A DNA stretch of 51,149 nt, taken from the NCBI GenBank assembly GCA_041608775.1, contig JBFISC010000001.1, positions 1 to 51,149 of the forward strand, in the 5' to 3' direction. This document shows positions 1-10,252 of the stretch, piece after piece; positions within the stretch are counted from its first letter, which is position 1, and the number at the start of each line of letters is the position of its first letter. This stretch comes from Pseudomonadales bacterium. GTDB taxonomy: Bacteria; Pseudomonadota; Gammaproteobacteria; Pseudomonadales; Azotimanducaceae. A program made the translations under genes and the position numbers. The notes below the pieces were generated by a model. It made no database searches, had not been told where the DNA came from, and saw only the letters and a list, made by a program, of their open reading frames with translations.

Positions 1-656
1 CCGCCGAGGCCCTGGACGACGGCAGCGACCGGCCGATCCCGGTGCTGGTGCGCATCGAGCCCGGGCGCTTCGAGATGGCCGACTCGAAGCAAGGACTCCA
101 GCGGCTGCGCGATGCGCTCGCCAGAGCGGTGGAGAACGGCCTGCGCGGCACCCTGGAATCCGGCAACCTGCTCACCGGCACGCTGTACGTGAACTTCGAC
201 TTCTTCGAAGACGCGGCGCCGGAGTCGGTGACCAGCTTCGACGGTCATCCCACCCTGCCCAGCATCTCGGGCGTGTTCGCCCGCCTGCAGCAGCAGGTGG
301 GCGCGCTGCTCGCCCGGTTCAACTCGCTGCCGCTCGACGAGACCATGGCCGCCGCCACCGACACCCTCGAGACCCTGGGCTCCGCGGCGGAGGAACTGCG
401 CGCGCTGCTCGCCAGCGAGTCGGTGCGCGGGCTGCCGGGCAAGCTGGACGAGTCCCTGACGCGCCTCGACGGGACCCTGTCGAGCTACGCCGAGGATGAC
501 ACCATGTCGCTGCAGCTCGAGCGGACCCTGCGGGAGCTGGACGAGACCCTGGAAAGCATCCGCGGCGTGGCCGAGACGCTGGAACGCGATCCCAACGCGG
601 TGATCTTCCCCACCCGACCGCCCCCGGACCCTTCGCCCCGAGCCGGAAAGCCATGA
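1..656 (+). CDS. pqiB: PqiB-like MCE-domain intermembrane transport protein, C-terminal part (5' truncated by the window edge)
   Basis: The frame of the 42..656 ORF stays open back to nt 3, so the gene enters from outside the window. LESGNLLTGTLYVNFDFF and a long helical tail fit the last MCE domain and C-terminal helix of PqiB. The stop overlaps the next start (ATGA at 653-656). Confidence 0.7.
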   Translation, partial: AEALDDGSDRPIPVLVRIEPGRFEMADSKQGLQRLRDALARAVENGLRGTLESGNLLTGTLYVNFDFFEDAAPESVTSFDGHPTLPSISGVFARLQQQVGALLARFNSLPLDETMAAATDTLETLGSAAEELRALLASESVRGLPGKLDESLTRLDGTLSSYAEDDTMSLQLERTLRELDETLESIRGVAETLERDPNAVIFPTRPPPDPSPRAGKP

Positions 657-1255
657 AGCGAACACCGCTCTGCGCGCTGTGCCTGCTGCTAGCCGCCGCC
701 TGCACGTCCACGACCCCGCCGCCGCCGGTGGAGTACCTGCTGCAGCCGACGCTGCCGACCGGGGTCACCCGCCTCGGCGAGAACGGCCAGACCGTCGCCC
801 TGGGGCGCGTGGAGATCGCCCCCTACCTGGAGCGTGAAGGCATCGTGGTCGAAACGGCAGACCGCCGCCTCGCGGCAGCCCAGGGCCACCGCTGGGCGGA
901 GCCGCTGCAGCACTCGCTGCGCCGGCTGCTGCAGGTCGAGATCACCCGCAACAGCGGGCTCAACGTGGCGCCTCGCGTGCGAGCCGGCACCACCACGTCG
1001 GTGATCGTCGACGTCGGCATTCAGCGGTTTCACGGCACCGAGGCCGGCCTGGTCACCCTGGTCGCCGACTGGACCGTGCGCGTGCCCCGGGAGAACCGCG
1101 TCATCGGCCACCACCAGCTGGTGCGGGAGATGCGCACCGACGCCGATGGCTACGACGCCCTGGTACGCGCTCACCTTTCCCTCGCCGAAGGACTCGCAGC
1201 GGCGATCGCACGATCGCTCAGCGAGGCGCTGGAGGACGGCGCCGCGCAACCGTAG
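653..1255 (+). CDS. pqiC: PqiC/YmbA-like transport-associated outer-membrane lipoprotein (DUF330)
   Basis: The signal peptide has the lipobox LLLAAAC. The size is about 200 aa. It is ATGA-coupled to the preceding MCE gene, which is the canonical pqiB-pqiC arrangement. Confidence 0.7.
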   Translation: MKRTPLCALCLLLAAACTSTTPPPPVEYLLQPTLPTGVTRLGENGQTVALGRVEIAPYLEREGIVVETADRRLAAAQGHRWAEPLQHSLRRLLQVEITRNSGLNVAPRVRAGTTTSVIVDVGIQRFHGTEAGLVTLVADWTVRVPRENRVIGHHQLVREMRTDADGYDALVRAHLSLAEGLAAAIARSLSEALEDGAAQP

Positions 1256-1305
1256 CGGCGGGTCCGTATACTGACGCCCTCGCCCGACGTGGCATAGGAG
1301 CCTGT

Positions 1306-2316
1306 ATGACGCAGACCAGGATCACGGTCATTCCCGGCGACGGCATCGGCCCGGACATCGTCGATGCGACCATCGCCCTGCTGGAGAAGCTCGACTGCGG
1401 CCTGAGCTTCGACTTCGCGATCGCCGGGCAGACGGCGCTGGAGAAAGGCCAGGACCTGATTCCACCCGAGACCCTGGATCTGATCGAACGCAATCCGGCA
1501 ACCCTGAAAGGCCCGATCACGACGCCGGTGGGCCGCGGTTTCTCCTCGGTGAACGTCTCCCTGCGCCAGCACTTCGAGTTGTTCGCCAACGTCCGCCCGG
1601 CGCTGTCGATTCCGGGCATCCCGTCGCGCTATCAGGACATCGACATCATTCTGGTGCGGGAGAACCTCGAGGGCCTGTACTCCGGCGTCGGCCATATCCG
1701 CAGCGAGGACGGTCAGCGCGCAGAGCTGCGCAGCGTGATCACCCGGGCAGGATCCAAGCGCGTGCTCGACTACGCCTTCGACATGGCCACCCGCCTGGGG
1801 CGCAAGAAGGTCACCGTGGTGCACAAGGCCAACATCATGCGCTCGACCTCCGGGCTGTTCCTCGAGGTCGCCCGGGAGGTGGCCGCAGCGCATCCGGCGG
1901 TGACGTTTCAAGAGATGATCGTCGACAACTGCGCGATGCAGCTGGTCATGAACCCCGAACGCTTCGACGTAATCGTCACCACCAATCTGTTTGGCGACAT
2001 TCTGTCCGATCTATGCGCCGGCCTGGTCGGCGGGCTCGGACTCACCCCGGGCGCCAACATCGGCACCGACAAGGGTATCTTCGAGGCGGTGCACGGCAGC
2101 GCTCCGGACATCGCCGGCCAGGGGATCGCCAACCCGACCGCGATCATGCTCGCGGCGGCGATGATGCTCGACTACCTGGACATGTCCGCACAGGCGCGCC
2201 GGGTGCGCGGCGCCATCCGCGCGGTGATCGGTGCCGGCGGCTCGTTGACCCGCGACCTCGGCGGCAGCGCCTCCACCCGCGAGTACACCCATGCGCTCAT
2301 CGACGCGCTGGACTAG
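1306..2316 (+). CDS. Isocitrate/isopropylmalate dehydrogenase family enzyme, probably NAD-dependent isocitrate dehydrogenase
   Basis: The motifs ITVIPGDGIGPDI, LVRENLEGLYSG and HGSAPDIAGQGIANP are typical of beta-decarboxylating dehydrogenases. The 336-aa size fits the short NAD-IDH type. AGGAG lies 5 nt upstream of the ATG. Confidence 0.85.
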   Translation: MTQTRITVIPGDGIGPDIVDATIALLEKLDCGLSFDFAIAGQTALEKGQDLIPPETLDLIERNPATLKGPITTPVGRGFSSVNVSLRQHFELFANVRPALSIPGIPSRYQDIDIILVRENLEGLYSGVGHIRSEDGQRAELRSVITRAGSKRVLDYAFDMATRLGRKKVTVVHKANIMRSTSGLFLEVAREVAAAHPAVTFQEMIVDNCAMQLVMNPERFDVIVTTNLFGDILSDLCAGLVGGLGLTPGANIGTDKGIFEAVHGSAPDIAGQGIANPTAIMLAAAMMLDYLDMSAQARRVRGAIRAVIGAGGSLTRDLGGSASTREYTHALIDALD

Positions 2317-2434
2317 CGTCTCCCGGGAAACAGGCGGATCGTGAAGGATCGATCACGTCTGCTTTACCCGCGCTTCACGGCCCCTGACCCACCCTGGCGC
2401 TCCCTAACGACGCAACCCAATGTGGAGCACCGAC

Positions 2435-2917
2435 ATGACTACCCTCAGACTGACCTTCACCGCTCTGACCCTCGGCCTCGTGGCCGGACTCGCGAACGCC
2501 GATCATCACAAGATGGAGAAGAGCACCATCGTCGACGTGGCGCAGAAGGCGGGCAGCTTCGAAACCCTGATCACCGCCCTGAACGCTGCCGGCCTCACGT
2601 CGACGCTGGCCGGTGAAGGTCCCTTCACCGTGTTCGCCCCCACCGACGCCGCCTTCGCCGCGCTACCAGAGGGCACCGTCGAAGGTCTGCTCGCCGACCG
2701 CGAAGCCCTGACGAAGGTACTTACCTACCACGTGGTCGCCGGCAAGGTGACCTCGGCCGACATCGCCGCGAAGAGCCCGTTGACCAGCCTCCAGGGCGGC
2801 GCGTTGACCATTGGCACCGACGGCGGCGTCACCGTCCAGGGAGCTGGCGTCGTCTCCGCCGACGTCGAAGCCAGCAACGGCGTCATCCACGTGATCGACA
2901 CCGTGCTGATTCCGTAA
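2435..2917 (+). CDS. Secreted fasciclin (FAS1) domain protein
   Basis: FAS1 motifs are present: FTVFAPTDAAFAALP, LTYHVVAGK and NGVIHVIDTVLIP. The signal peptide is MTTLRLTFTALTLGLVAGLANA. GGAG lies 7 nt upstream of the ATG at 2435. The track ORF starts at 2420, which is an alternative start. Confidence 0.85.
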   Translation: MTTLRLTFTALTLGLVAGLANADHHKMEKSTIVDVAQKAGSFETLITALNAAGLTSTLAGEGPFTVFAPTDAAFAALPEGTVEGLLADREALTKVLTYHVVAGKVTSADIAAKSPLTSLQGGALTIGTDGGVTVQGAGVVSADVEASNGVIHVIDTVLIP

Positions 2918-2955
2918 AGCCGGCGTACCACGGCCGAACCACGGCGGCCCGCCCC

Positions 2956-2992
2956 GACAGCCGGCAGCATCGGCTACCGGCTGTCCTTTCTC
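2956..2992. terminator. Hairpin between convergent genes; putative intrinsic terminator
   Basis: A perfect 9-bp stem, GACAGCCGG (2956-2964) with CCGGCTGTC (2977-2985), encloses a 12-nt loop and is followed by CTTTCTC. It lies between the fasciclin stop (2917) and the stop of the minus-strand gene at 3005. Confidence 0.5.
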
Positions 2993-3004
2993 GACTCCCG
3001 TACC

Positions 3005-6000
3005 TTACCGATCACCCTCACGGGACTCCGGGTCCGGACCCCCGCCCGCTTCGGCGCGGCTGAGCGCGCGGAAGTAGCGCGCCGCCGACGTCGAGTCTCG
3101 GCCCGCCTGGCGCGGCTCCTGGGCGCGCACTGGCACCGCCTCCCGGCGCTGCAGCGCCGCTTCCGCCAGATCCAGGCGATCGAGGGTCAGCTTGAGCAGC
3201 GCCTGGGTGTTTTCAGGCGCCGTGCCACGAATCCGGTAGACGCCTGAATCCAGGCCCGGGACAACCGCGCCGCCGCCACCGCTTCGATCCTCAGCGGCCG
3301 CCGCGCCCTCGAGCCGCGCGAGCTCGGACGCGACGCCCTCGACCACTCGACGATCGACCATGCCTTCCTCCTCCTGCGCGCGAAGCAGGCGCCGGCGCAG
3401 CTCGCGGACCTCCGCCAGCGGGTCCGTCGCGCCCCCGCCCGGCTGCTCGCCCAGCGCCCTCGCCGCCTGATCGATACGTCGGGTCAGGCGCCCGAGCGCT
3501 TCTTCCACCAGCGCTTCACTGCCGATGACGTAGAGTGGCTGGCCCATGTCGAAGGCGCTCGCCGCCGCTGCCAGCCGCTCGTCCACCCGCACCTCATCCA
3601 GCTCCCGCAAGGCCCGTTCCAGCACGTCGGCACCCGCCGCCGGGCCGGCGACATCGCTGATGTCGGTGAGCTCGGCCCGGAGCGCCGCCAGGTCGTCCTG
3701 CATGCGCCGCTTGACCTCGGCGAAGGTCTGCATGGCGTAATCGCTGCGGGCCAGGCTCTCGCCATCCCGCGCCCGCTCCAGCGACTCGGCCTGCAGCTGC
3801 TGCAACGCCTCCATGACCCGCCCCTGGTCCTCCTCCAGGTTGTCCGCGCGGCGCTGCGCCACGTCGATACGTTCCCGCAGGGCGCCACGCGAGGCATCGC
3901 GCAGGCTCCCTGCGGCTCGGCGCAGAGCTTCCGCCGCCTGCTGCTGGTCGGCTTCCGTCGGCCCGCCCGGCGCGTCGAGAGCCCGTCGAGCGCGATCCAG
4001 CTCGGCAACCGACCGCGCCACCCCATCCCGGTCAGCAGCGCCGCGCGAGCCGCCCGGGTTCGCTTCGAGCTGCTCGCGCAGCTGCTCCAGCTCCCGCCGC
4101 AGCCTCGCCTGCTCCCAGCGCGCCGGCAGGCTCTCACTGCTTCCCCGCGGCCGGCGCGCCAGCTGTTCCTGGCGCGCGGCCAACGCCTCCAGCTGCTCCC
4201 AGCGCTCGTCCGGCGGCGGTCCGGCAGCCTCGCCGAAGTCCGGCTGCTGAGGCATCTCGTAACGGTTCCGCTCGGGGTCCATCTCCAGCTCGACCAGCTC
4301 GCTGAGTGAGCGCCCCGAGGTGCCCCTGCCCTGGTTCCGCGACAGCGACACGTCCACGTCGCGGACGCTGGCCTCCGCCGTCGCCAGATGTTTCAGCGCC
4401 TGCTGCTCGGCGGGAACCGCCGCCTCCAGCGCCTCGTCGGCGAGGTGTCCGGCAGCCGGTTTCATGTGCTCCAGAGCCCGGCTCAGCTCGGCAACGAACC
4501 CGGAGGTGTCATCGTCCCGGCCCAGGCCCCGCGCCGCAGACCGCGCTACCAGCGTCTCGACCTGCTCCGCCAGCGTCCTCTGGAGTGCCGCCAGCACCTG
4601 CGCCTCGTCGGCCAGCGCCTGGCGCGCCGTCTCGGAGCCGGGGCCGTCGACCCGCTGGTTGCTGCGCTTGTTGATCAGGTTCCAGGTGGCGGTGAGCAGG
4701 TCGCGCTGACGCTCGGCGATGTCGAACCCGCCGCCCTCGCCGCCGCCCTGTCCGGTCATCTGCTGCGATTCCCGATAGCGCATCTCGAACGGCCGCACGT
4801 CGACGAAGTAGAGCGACGACCGGGTGCGCTGGGCATGATCACGGGCTTCCGCGTAGAGCGAAACGACGTCGCCGGGCACCAGCTTCCGATCCCCGTGGTC
4901 GCCCTCCGCGCGCAGGTTTTCCAGGGCCAGCAGATGACCACCGTCCGGAATCTCGACGCTGGTCCAGGCGCCGCCGTTCACCGCGTAGCTGAGGGTCACT
5001 CCGGTCACGGCGAAATCGTCCGAGGCCTCGAACTCCAGCGGGACCTCCTCGATGGCCGTGGCTTTACGATCATGGCCGGGCCAGGTGAACGACAGCGTCG
5101 GGGCGGCGTCCTCGGTAAGCTCGATCAGGTAGCGGTCGCTGATCCGGGCAAGCTCCCCGGCGTGGCGCACCGCCACGTGCCAGCTGCCGGGGCCGGAGAC
5201 GGTGAACGTCCCCCGGGCTGCGGCGCCGGCGGCCGGATCCGGACGCGCTGCCTCGGTGTCGCCCCGAGCAGACGCGCTCAGCACGGCGCCGGCGTCGGCC
5301 GCCTGCAGCGGCGTCATGGGAACCACCCTGTCGTTCACCACCAGCAGCGCCTCGGCCAGCGTCCGGTCACCGAGCACCGTCACCTCCACTTCCGTTTCCG
5401 GCAGCGCCGTCACGTCGCCGCTCGACTGCTGTCGTTCGGGCAGGCCGCTCCAGGCGGGAGACCGGAGCCGGGTGACGACCGCCAGCAGCTGCGGCAGATC
5501 GGCGACGTCGATGCGGAAGCGGCCCGAGCTCAGGCCCCGGTCTGCCACGTAGTAGTCGACCCCGTCACCGATTCCGACCAGCACGAAACCGTAGCGACCG
5601 TCCTCCAGCGCGGTCATGGGCGCCTGCTCCCAGCCGCTGCCGAAATCGGCATGGATGACCAGCGCCCCGGGCCGAAAGCCAACGGCGTTTGCGTTGACGA
5701 TCACGTCGCTGCCGCGCCGCACCACGGCGTTCCCGGGAGCTACCAGAATGCGCGGCTGGGTGGCGGCAAACAGCTCGCCGGTCCAGAGCCGCTGAGCGGC
5801 GAGCTGCAGCGGTCGGCTGCCCCCGAGCAGCAGCCCGAGCGCCACCGCGAGCAGCAGGCAGGCTACCGCCGGGAGGACGATCTCCCGGGCTGGAATCGCG
5901 CGCTCCGGCGGTTGCGCCGCCGCCAGCGCGGCCGTCTCGCGTTCCAGCAGCCGGAACAGGTCGCCGGCTTGTCCCCGCTGGGCGGCATCCCGCTGGGCGG

Positions 6001-6358
6001 CATCCCGCTGGGCGGCACCCCGCTGGGCGGCACCCCGCTGGGCGTCGTCACGCCGGGCGGCGTCCCGCCAGGTCAGAAGCCGACCGGAGAACGCCGGCAC
6101 GCGGCGTTCCAGCTCCTCGGCCGTGCGATCACCGCGCCGCCAGTTCCGCACCGCAAGCAGGATCGCAGCGCCCGCCGCGCCGTACAGCAGCAGCCGCGCC
6201 CAGGCGAGAACTGTCGCGGACGGTACCAGGACCATCACCAGGACAGCGCCCGCCAGGCTCAGACCCAGCGCGACCGCCAGCCATCCGGCCGCCAGCCGGG
6301 CGACCCAGCGCCAGCGCAGGCGCTGACGGGCGGCGGCAAGGTATTCGGCCGGCCTCAT
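3005..6358 (-). CDS. Large (1117 aa) membrane-anchored DUF4175-like protein with beta-rich middle and long coiled-coil C-terminal region
   Basis: The start is set at the ATG at 6358 (MRPAEYLAAARQRLRW), which overlaps the upstream stop as ATGA. The track ORF extends to 6853, but that part overlaps the upstream gene. Two N-terminal TM helices are followed by an AAQRG/D pentapeptide repeat, a third TM, an Ig-like beta region, and about 500 aa of E/R/A/L-rich helical sequence. It is the last gene of the MoxR/VWA operon. Confidence 0.7.
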   Translation of the reverse strand: MRPAEYLAAARQRLRWRWVARLAAGWLAVALGLSLAGAVLVMVLVPSATVLAWARLLLYGAAGAAILLAVRNWRRGDRTAEELERRVPAFSGRLLTWRDAARRDDAQRGAAQRGAAQRDAAQRDAAQRGQAGDLFRLLERETAALAAAQPPERAIPAREIVLPAVACLLLAVALGLLLGGSRPLQLAAQRLWTGELFAATQPRILVAPGNAVVRRGSDVIVNANAVGFRPGALVIHADFGSGWEQAPMTALEDGRYGFVLVGIGDGVDYYVADRGLSSGRFRIDVADLPQLLAVVTRLRSPAWSGLPERQQSSGDVTALPETEVEVTVLGDRTLAEALLVVNDRVVPMTPLQAADAGAVLSASARGDTEAARPDPAAGAAARGTFTVSGPGSWHVAVRHAGELARISDRYLIELTEDAAPTLSFTWPGHDRKATAIEEVPLEFEASDDFAVTGVTLSYAVNGGAWTSVEIPDGGHLLALENLRAEGDHGDRKLVPGDVVSLYAEARDHAQRTRSSLYFVDVRPFEMRYRESQQMTGQGGGEGGGFDIAERQRDLLTATWNLINKRSNQRVDGPGSETARQALADEAQVLAALQRTLAEQVETLVARSAARGLGRDDDTSGFVAELSRALEHMKPAAGHLADEALEAAVPAEQQALKHLATAEASVRDVDVSLSRNQGRGTSGRSLSELVELEMDPERNRYEMPQQPDFGEAAGPPPDERWEQLEALAARQEQLARRPRGSSESLPARWEQARLRRELEQLREQLEANPGGSRGAADRDGVARSVAELDRARRALDAPGGPTEADQQQAAEALRRAAGSLRDASRGALRERIDVAQRRADNLEEDQGRVMEALQQLQAESLERARDGESLARSDYAMQTFAEVKRRMQDDLAALRAELTDISDVAGPAAGADVLERALRELDEVRVDERLAAAASAFDMGQPLYVIGSEALVEEALGRLTRRIDQAARALGEQPGGGATDPLAEVRELRRRLLRAQEEEGMVDRRVVEGVASELARLEGAAAAEDRSGGGGAVVPGLDSGVYRIRGTAPENTQALLKLTLDRLDLAEAALQRREAVPVRAQEPRQAGRDSTSAARYFRALSRAEAGGGPDPESREGDR
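5974..6048 (-). repeat. Five tandem copies of a 15-bp in-frame unit (cccgctgggcggcat and variants)
   Basis: Read directly: units at 5974, 5989, 6004, 6019 and 6034. On the minus strand they encode DDAQRG-AAQRG-AAQRD-AAQRD-AAQRG, located between TM2 and TM3 of the large protein. Confidence 0.9.
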
Positions 6359-8301
6359 GTCCGGATGGACCTGCCGGCATTGGCCGCCGCCGGCTCCAGC
6401 ACCGCGAGCATCAGCAGCAGAACCAGCAGCCATGGGGCCAGGGCCAGCGGCGCGGAAGCCGTGTCCGCGGCGGTCGTATCCACAGACGCCGTGTCCGCAG
6501 CTGCCGAATGATCGCCGGCCCGGAGCGCGGCCTGCCAGCGCGCCAGCAGCCCCGGCTCCGCAGCCGCCGGCAACGACTCGCGGGGATCCGGGTTCACCGC
6601 CAGCAGGCGTTCGCGATTGGGCGTGCGCAGCGTGTAGAAGCCGGGTCGATTCAGGCGCACCCGGGTGCGGGCAGCGGTGTCTCCCAGCGACAGCATCCGG
6701 GCGCCGCTGCCGTCGAACAGCTGGGCGTTGCTCGCCGGAATCACCAGCGGCTCCCCGGCGGTGGCGGCGACCGGCACGTTCTCCTGAGCCAGGTATCGCA
6801 GCGCGCCATCGACGAGCTCGACGAACGCGGGCGAGGTGACCAGCGAGCTCCATCGGGGATCGAGCGCGGTGGTCAGGGCCAGCACCCGGCCGGCGGCCAC
6901 CGGATACTCGACGAGCAGCCCGGTGGCGTCGTCCAGCGCCACCAGAGCCGTGGCCGCCGCCGGCGCCACGGCGAGATGGCGATAGACCCGAACGTCGCGC
7001 CAGTCCGCCGCGCCGGCGGCGAGCGCAGGATGGCGCGGGTCCACGGTCACCACCCGAAGCCCCGCGGCATCCGCCTCCAGGGTCCGTCCCGTCAGCGTCG
7101 CTCCGGACAGGGGCAGCGCGCCAAGGCGCTGGGTGCCCGGCCCCACGGTCATGAACACCCCACCGCCTTCGGCAAGGTGCCGCTCCAGCCGGCGCGAATC
7201 GGCAGCGCTGAGGCCGCCGGCGTCGAGCACGGCGGCCACCGGACCACTCAAGGTCGGCGGGCCCGGCTGAAACATCGGCGCCGCCGCGGCCACCGCCGCG
7301 CGCAAATACTCGACCTGGGTCGCCGCGCCGGCGCCCGCGAACACTGGCAACCCCAGCGCCGACCGGGAAGGAACCACGACGAAGAACCCGTCATCGGCCG
7401 GTACCGCATCCGCGTCCTCCAGGGCGGCCCGGATCCAGCGCGGGGCGCCAGCGGCATCCGGCAACGGCAGGGTGAACCCGGCGCGGGCGCCGGGGCCGAC
7501 ATCCAGCGTCCGGCGTTCGCGCCCGCCGAGCGCGTCCTCGACCACAATGGAGACGGTTCGCGCCTCCGCGGCATGACTGTGGACGACCAGCCGCAGCCCG
7601 CCCTCCGAAAGCTCTGCGCTGAGCTGCCAGTTGTCTGCCCGCGCCAGGACCGGATGCAGCGTCACCGCTATCTCGCCGTCGGCTACCAGGGCATTGAACC
7701 GATCCGGCATGGCGCTGGCCTGGAAGTCCGAGATCAGGTGCAGCGCCACGGGTTCCTCCGTGACGCTGGCGGCGAGCGCCGTCAGCCGTCCGAGCAGACC
7801 GTCGAAATCGAGGCGGGTGGCATCCGCAGCCGCCGCCGCGATCGCGCCATCAAGACGGGCGCGATCCGTGGTGAGCGTCTGCAGCAGCGTGAGTTCCGAG
7901 GCTGCCGCGACAACGCCGGCAGGAACCGCCGCGGGCAGCGCGTCGAGCAACCGCCTGGCCTGTCGGCGCGCCGGCGCCATGGACCCGGTCATGGACAGCG
8001 ACGTGTCCAGCACCAGCAGCACCGGCCGGCTGTCAGCCCCGTCGCCGGCGTCGGGCAGGACCCGTTCGAACAGCGGCTGGGCGAAAGCGAGCGCGAGGAG
8101 CACCAGCAGCAGCATGCGCACACCCAGCAGCACCCGGTGACGCAGGGTCCGGTGACGCTGCCTGGGCATGTCCGCCGGCCGCATCAGCAGCACCGAGCTG
8201 ACCCGCCGGGTCCGCGGGCTCCGGGACTCGAGCCGGTGCAGCCACCACGGCAGCGCCAGCGCCAGCAGCCCGGTGAGAAACCCGGCGGCCAGGAAAGTCA
8301 C
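6355..8301 (-). CDS. BatA N-terminal domain plus VWA domain membrane protein
   Basis: The N-terminus MTFLAAGFLTGLLALALPWWLHRL matches the aerotolerance-regulator (BatA) N-terminal TM motif. A MIDAS DTSLS motif lies at 7993-8007. The GTG start overlaps the DUF58 stop (GTGA at 8298-8301). Confidence 0.8.
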   Translation of the reverse strand: MTFLAAGFLTGLLALALPWWLHRLESRSPRTRRVSSVLLMRPADMPRQRHRTLRHRVLLGVRMLLLVLLALAFAQPLFERVLPDAGDGADSRPVLLVLDTSLSMTGSMAPARRQARRLLDALPAAVPAGVVAAASELTLLQTLTTDRARLDGAIAAAAADATRLDFDGLLGRLTALAASVTEEPVALHLISDFQASAMPDRFNALVADGEIAVTLHPVLARADNWQLSAELSEGGLRLVVHSHAAEARTVSIVVEDALGGRERRTLDVGPGARAGFTLPLPDAAGAPRWIRAALEDADAVPADDGFFVVVPSRSALGLPVFAGAGAATQVEYLRAAVAAAAPMFQPGPPTLSGPVAAVLDAGGLSAADSRRLERHLAEGGGVFMTVGPGTQRLGALPLSGATLTGRTLEADAAGLRVVTVDPRHPALAAGAADWRDVRVYRHLAVAPAAATALVALDDATGLLVEYPVAAGRVLALTTALDPRWSSLVTSPAFVELVDGALRYLAQENVPVAATAGEPLVIPASNAQLFDGSGARMLSLGDTAARTRVRLNRPGFYTLRTPNRERLLAVNPDPRESLPAAAEPGLLARWQAALRAGDHSAAADTASVDTTAADTASAPLALAPWLLVLLLMLAVLEPAAANAGRSIRT

Positions 8302-9193
8302 GGGTGCCGCTCCCGGAACCGCAGGTAAGCGGACAGCGAGCGATCCAGCGGCTCGTCGCAGAACATGAGCTGATGGTGGCCGCCCGCCGCCAGCACGCTC
8401 TGACGGATCTGCTGCACGTGATCGGCGAGGCGCCGGGGATACGCCTCCTGCAGATCAGCGACGGACACCGCCATGGTGGCCCCGGTCTCCACGTCCTCGA
8501 CCAGCGTGCCGTCCCCGAGCCGCGGTTGCCGCTCGTCGGGATCGAGGACCTGAAGCACCAGCAGATCGTGACCGCGGGCGGCGAGCGCCCGGAGCCCGGC
8601 GCCGAGCGCCTCCGGCTCGCACAGGCAATCGGAGATCAGCACCGTGAGGCCGCGCTTGCCGAGACGTGCGGCGGCATGTTCGAACAGCGCCGGCCAGCGC
8701 GCGGCGCCGCCGGGTCTCAGCTCGTCGAGGAGATGGTAGAGGGCCTGGGTCGCGCGGGCGCGCGCCGACGGCGGGCGCTGCACGTGCACCGCTCCGGCGA
8801 AGGCGCACAGACCAACCGCGTCGTGCTGGCGCGCCGCCAGATAGATGAACGCGGCCGCAAGAAAGCGGGCGTAGTCGAACTTGGCGACGGCCCCCGGCAC
8901 GGCCGGCATGCCCATGGATGCGCTGGTGTCCAGCAGCACGGTGAGCCGCGTATTGGTGTCGCCGAAGAAACGCTTGACGAAGGTCCGGTCGGCCCGGGCG
9001 AACACGTTCCAGTCGATGAAACGGGGATCGTCACCGGGCGCGTAGGGCCGGTACTCGGCGAACTCCTGGCTGAAGCCGAAGCGCGGCGAACGGTGCAGGC
9101 CGATCAGCGACCCCTCCACCACCACCCGCGCGAGCAGCTCCAGGTTGGCCAGGCCGGCGAGAGTCGCCGGCGGGATCAGACGGGCCGCGGCGC

Positions 9194-9197
<4 letters not shown>
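8298..9197 (-). CDS. DUF58 domain protein (VWA-like, MoxR partner)
   Basis: HRSPRFGFSQEFAEYRPYAPGDDPRFIDWN is the DUF58 signature. A DTSAS MIDAS-like motif lies at 8916-8930. The start is set at the GTG at 9197, which overlaps the MoxR stop (GTGA). The track extension to 9557 lies inside moxR. Confidence 0.8.

Positions 9198-10252
<1,055 letters not shown>

Noticed and set aside
2341-2616. A 91-aa plus-strand ORF overlapping the fasciclin gene start.
   Set aside because: It is in a different frame from the well-supported fasciclin CDS, Arg/His/Pro-rich, and without motifs.
5974-6048. Considered whether the 15-bp tandem repeats could be a CRISPR-like array.
   Set aside because: The units are contiguous with no spacers, are far shorter than CRISPR repeats, and lie in frame within a coding sequence.
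4388-6511. A 707-aa plus-strand ORF antisense to the large DUF4175-like gene. Similar long antisense ORFs occur at 6508-8328, 10209-12554, 13918-15645, 31915-33648, 33396-34733, 37987-39999, 40292-41578, 44349-45584 and 48702-50567.
   Set aside because: The translations are Arg/Gly/Pro/Ala-rich, low-complexity and without motifs, while the opposite strand in each case encodes a protein with clear family signatures. These are typical shadow ORFs of G+C-rich DNA.
6359-6853. N-terminal 165-aa extension of track ORF 3005..6853.
   Set aside because: It overlaps the 3' end of the BatA/VWA gene in another frame and is Arg/Gly-rich. The internal ATG at 6358 gives an ATGA junction and a sensible TM-containing N-terminus.
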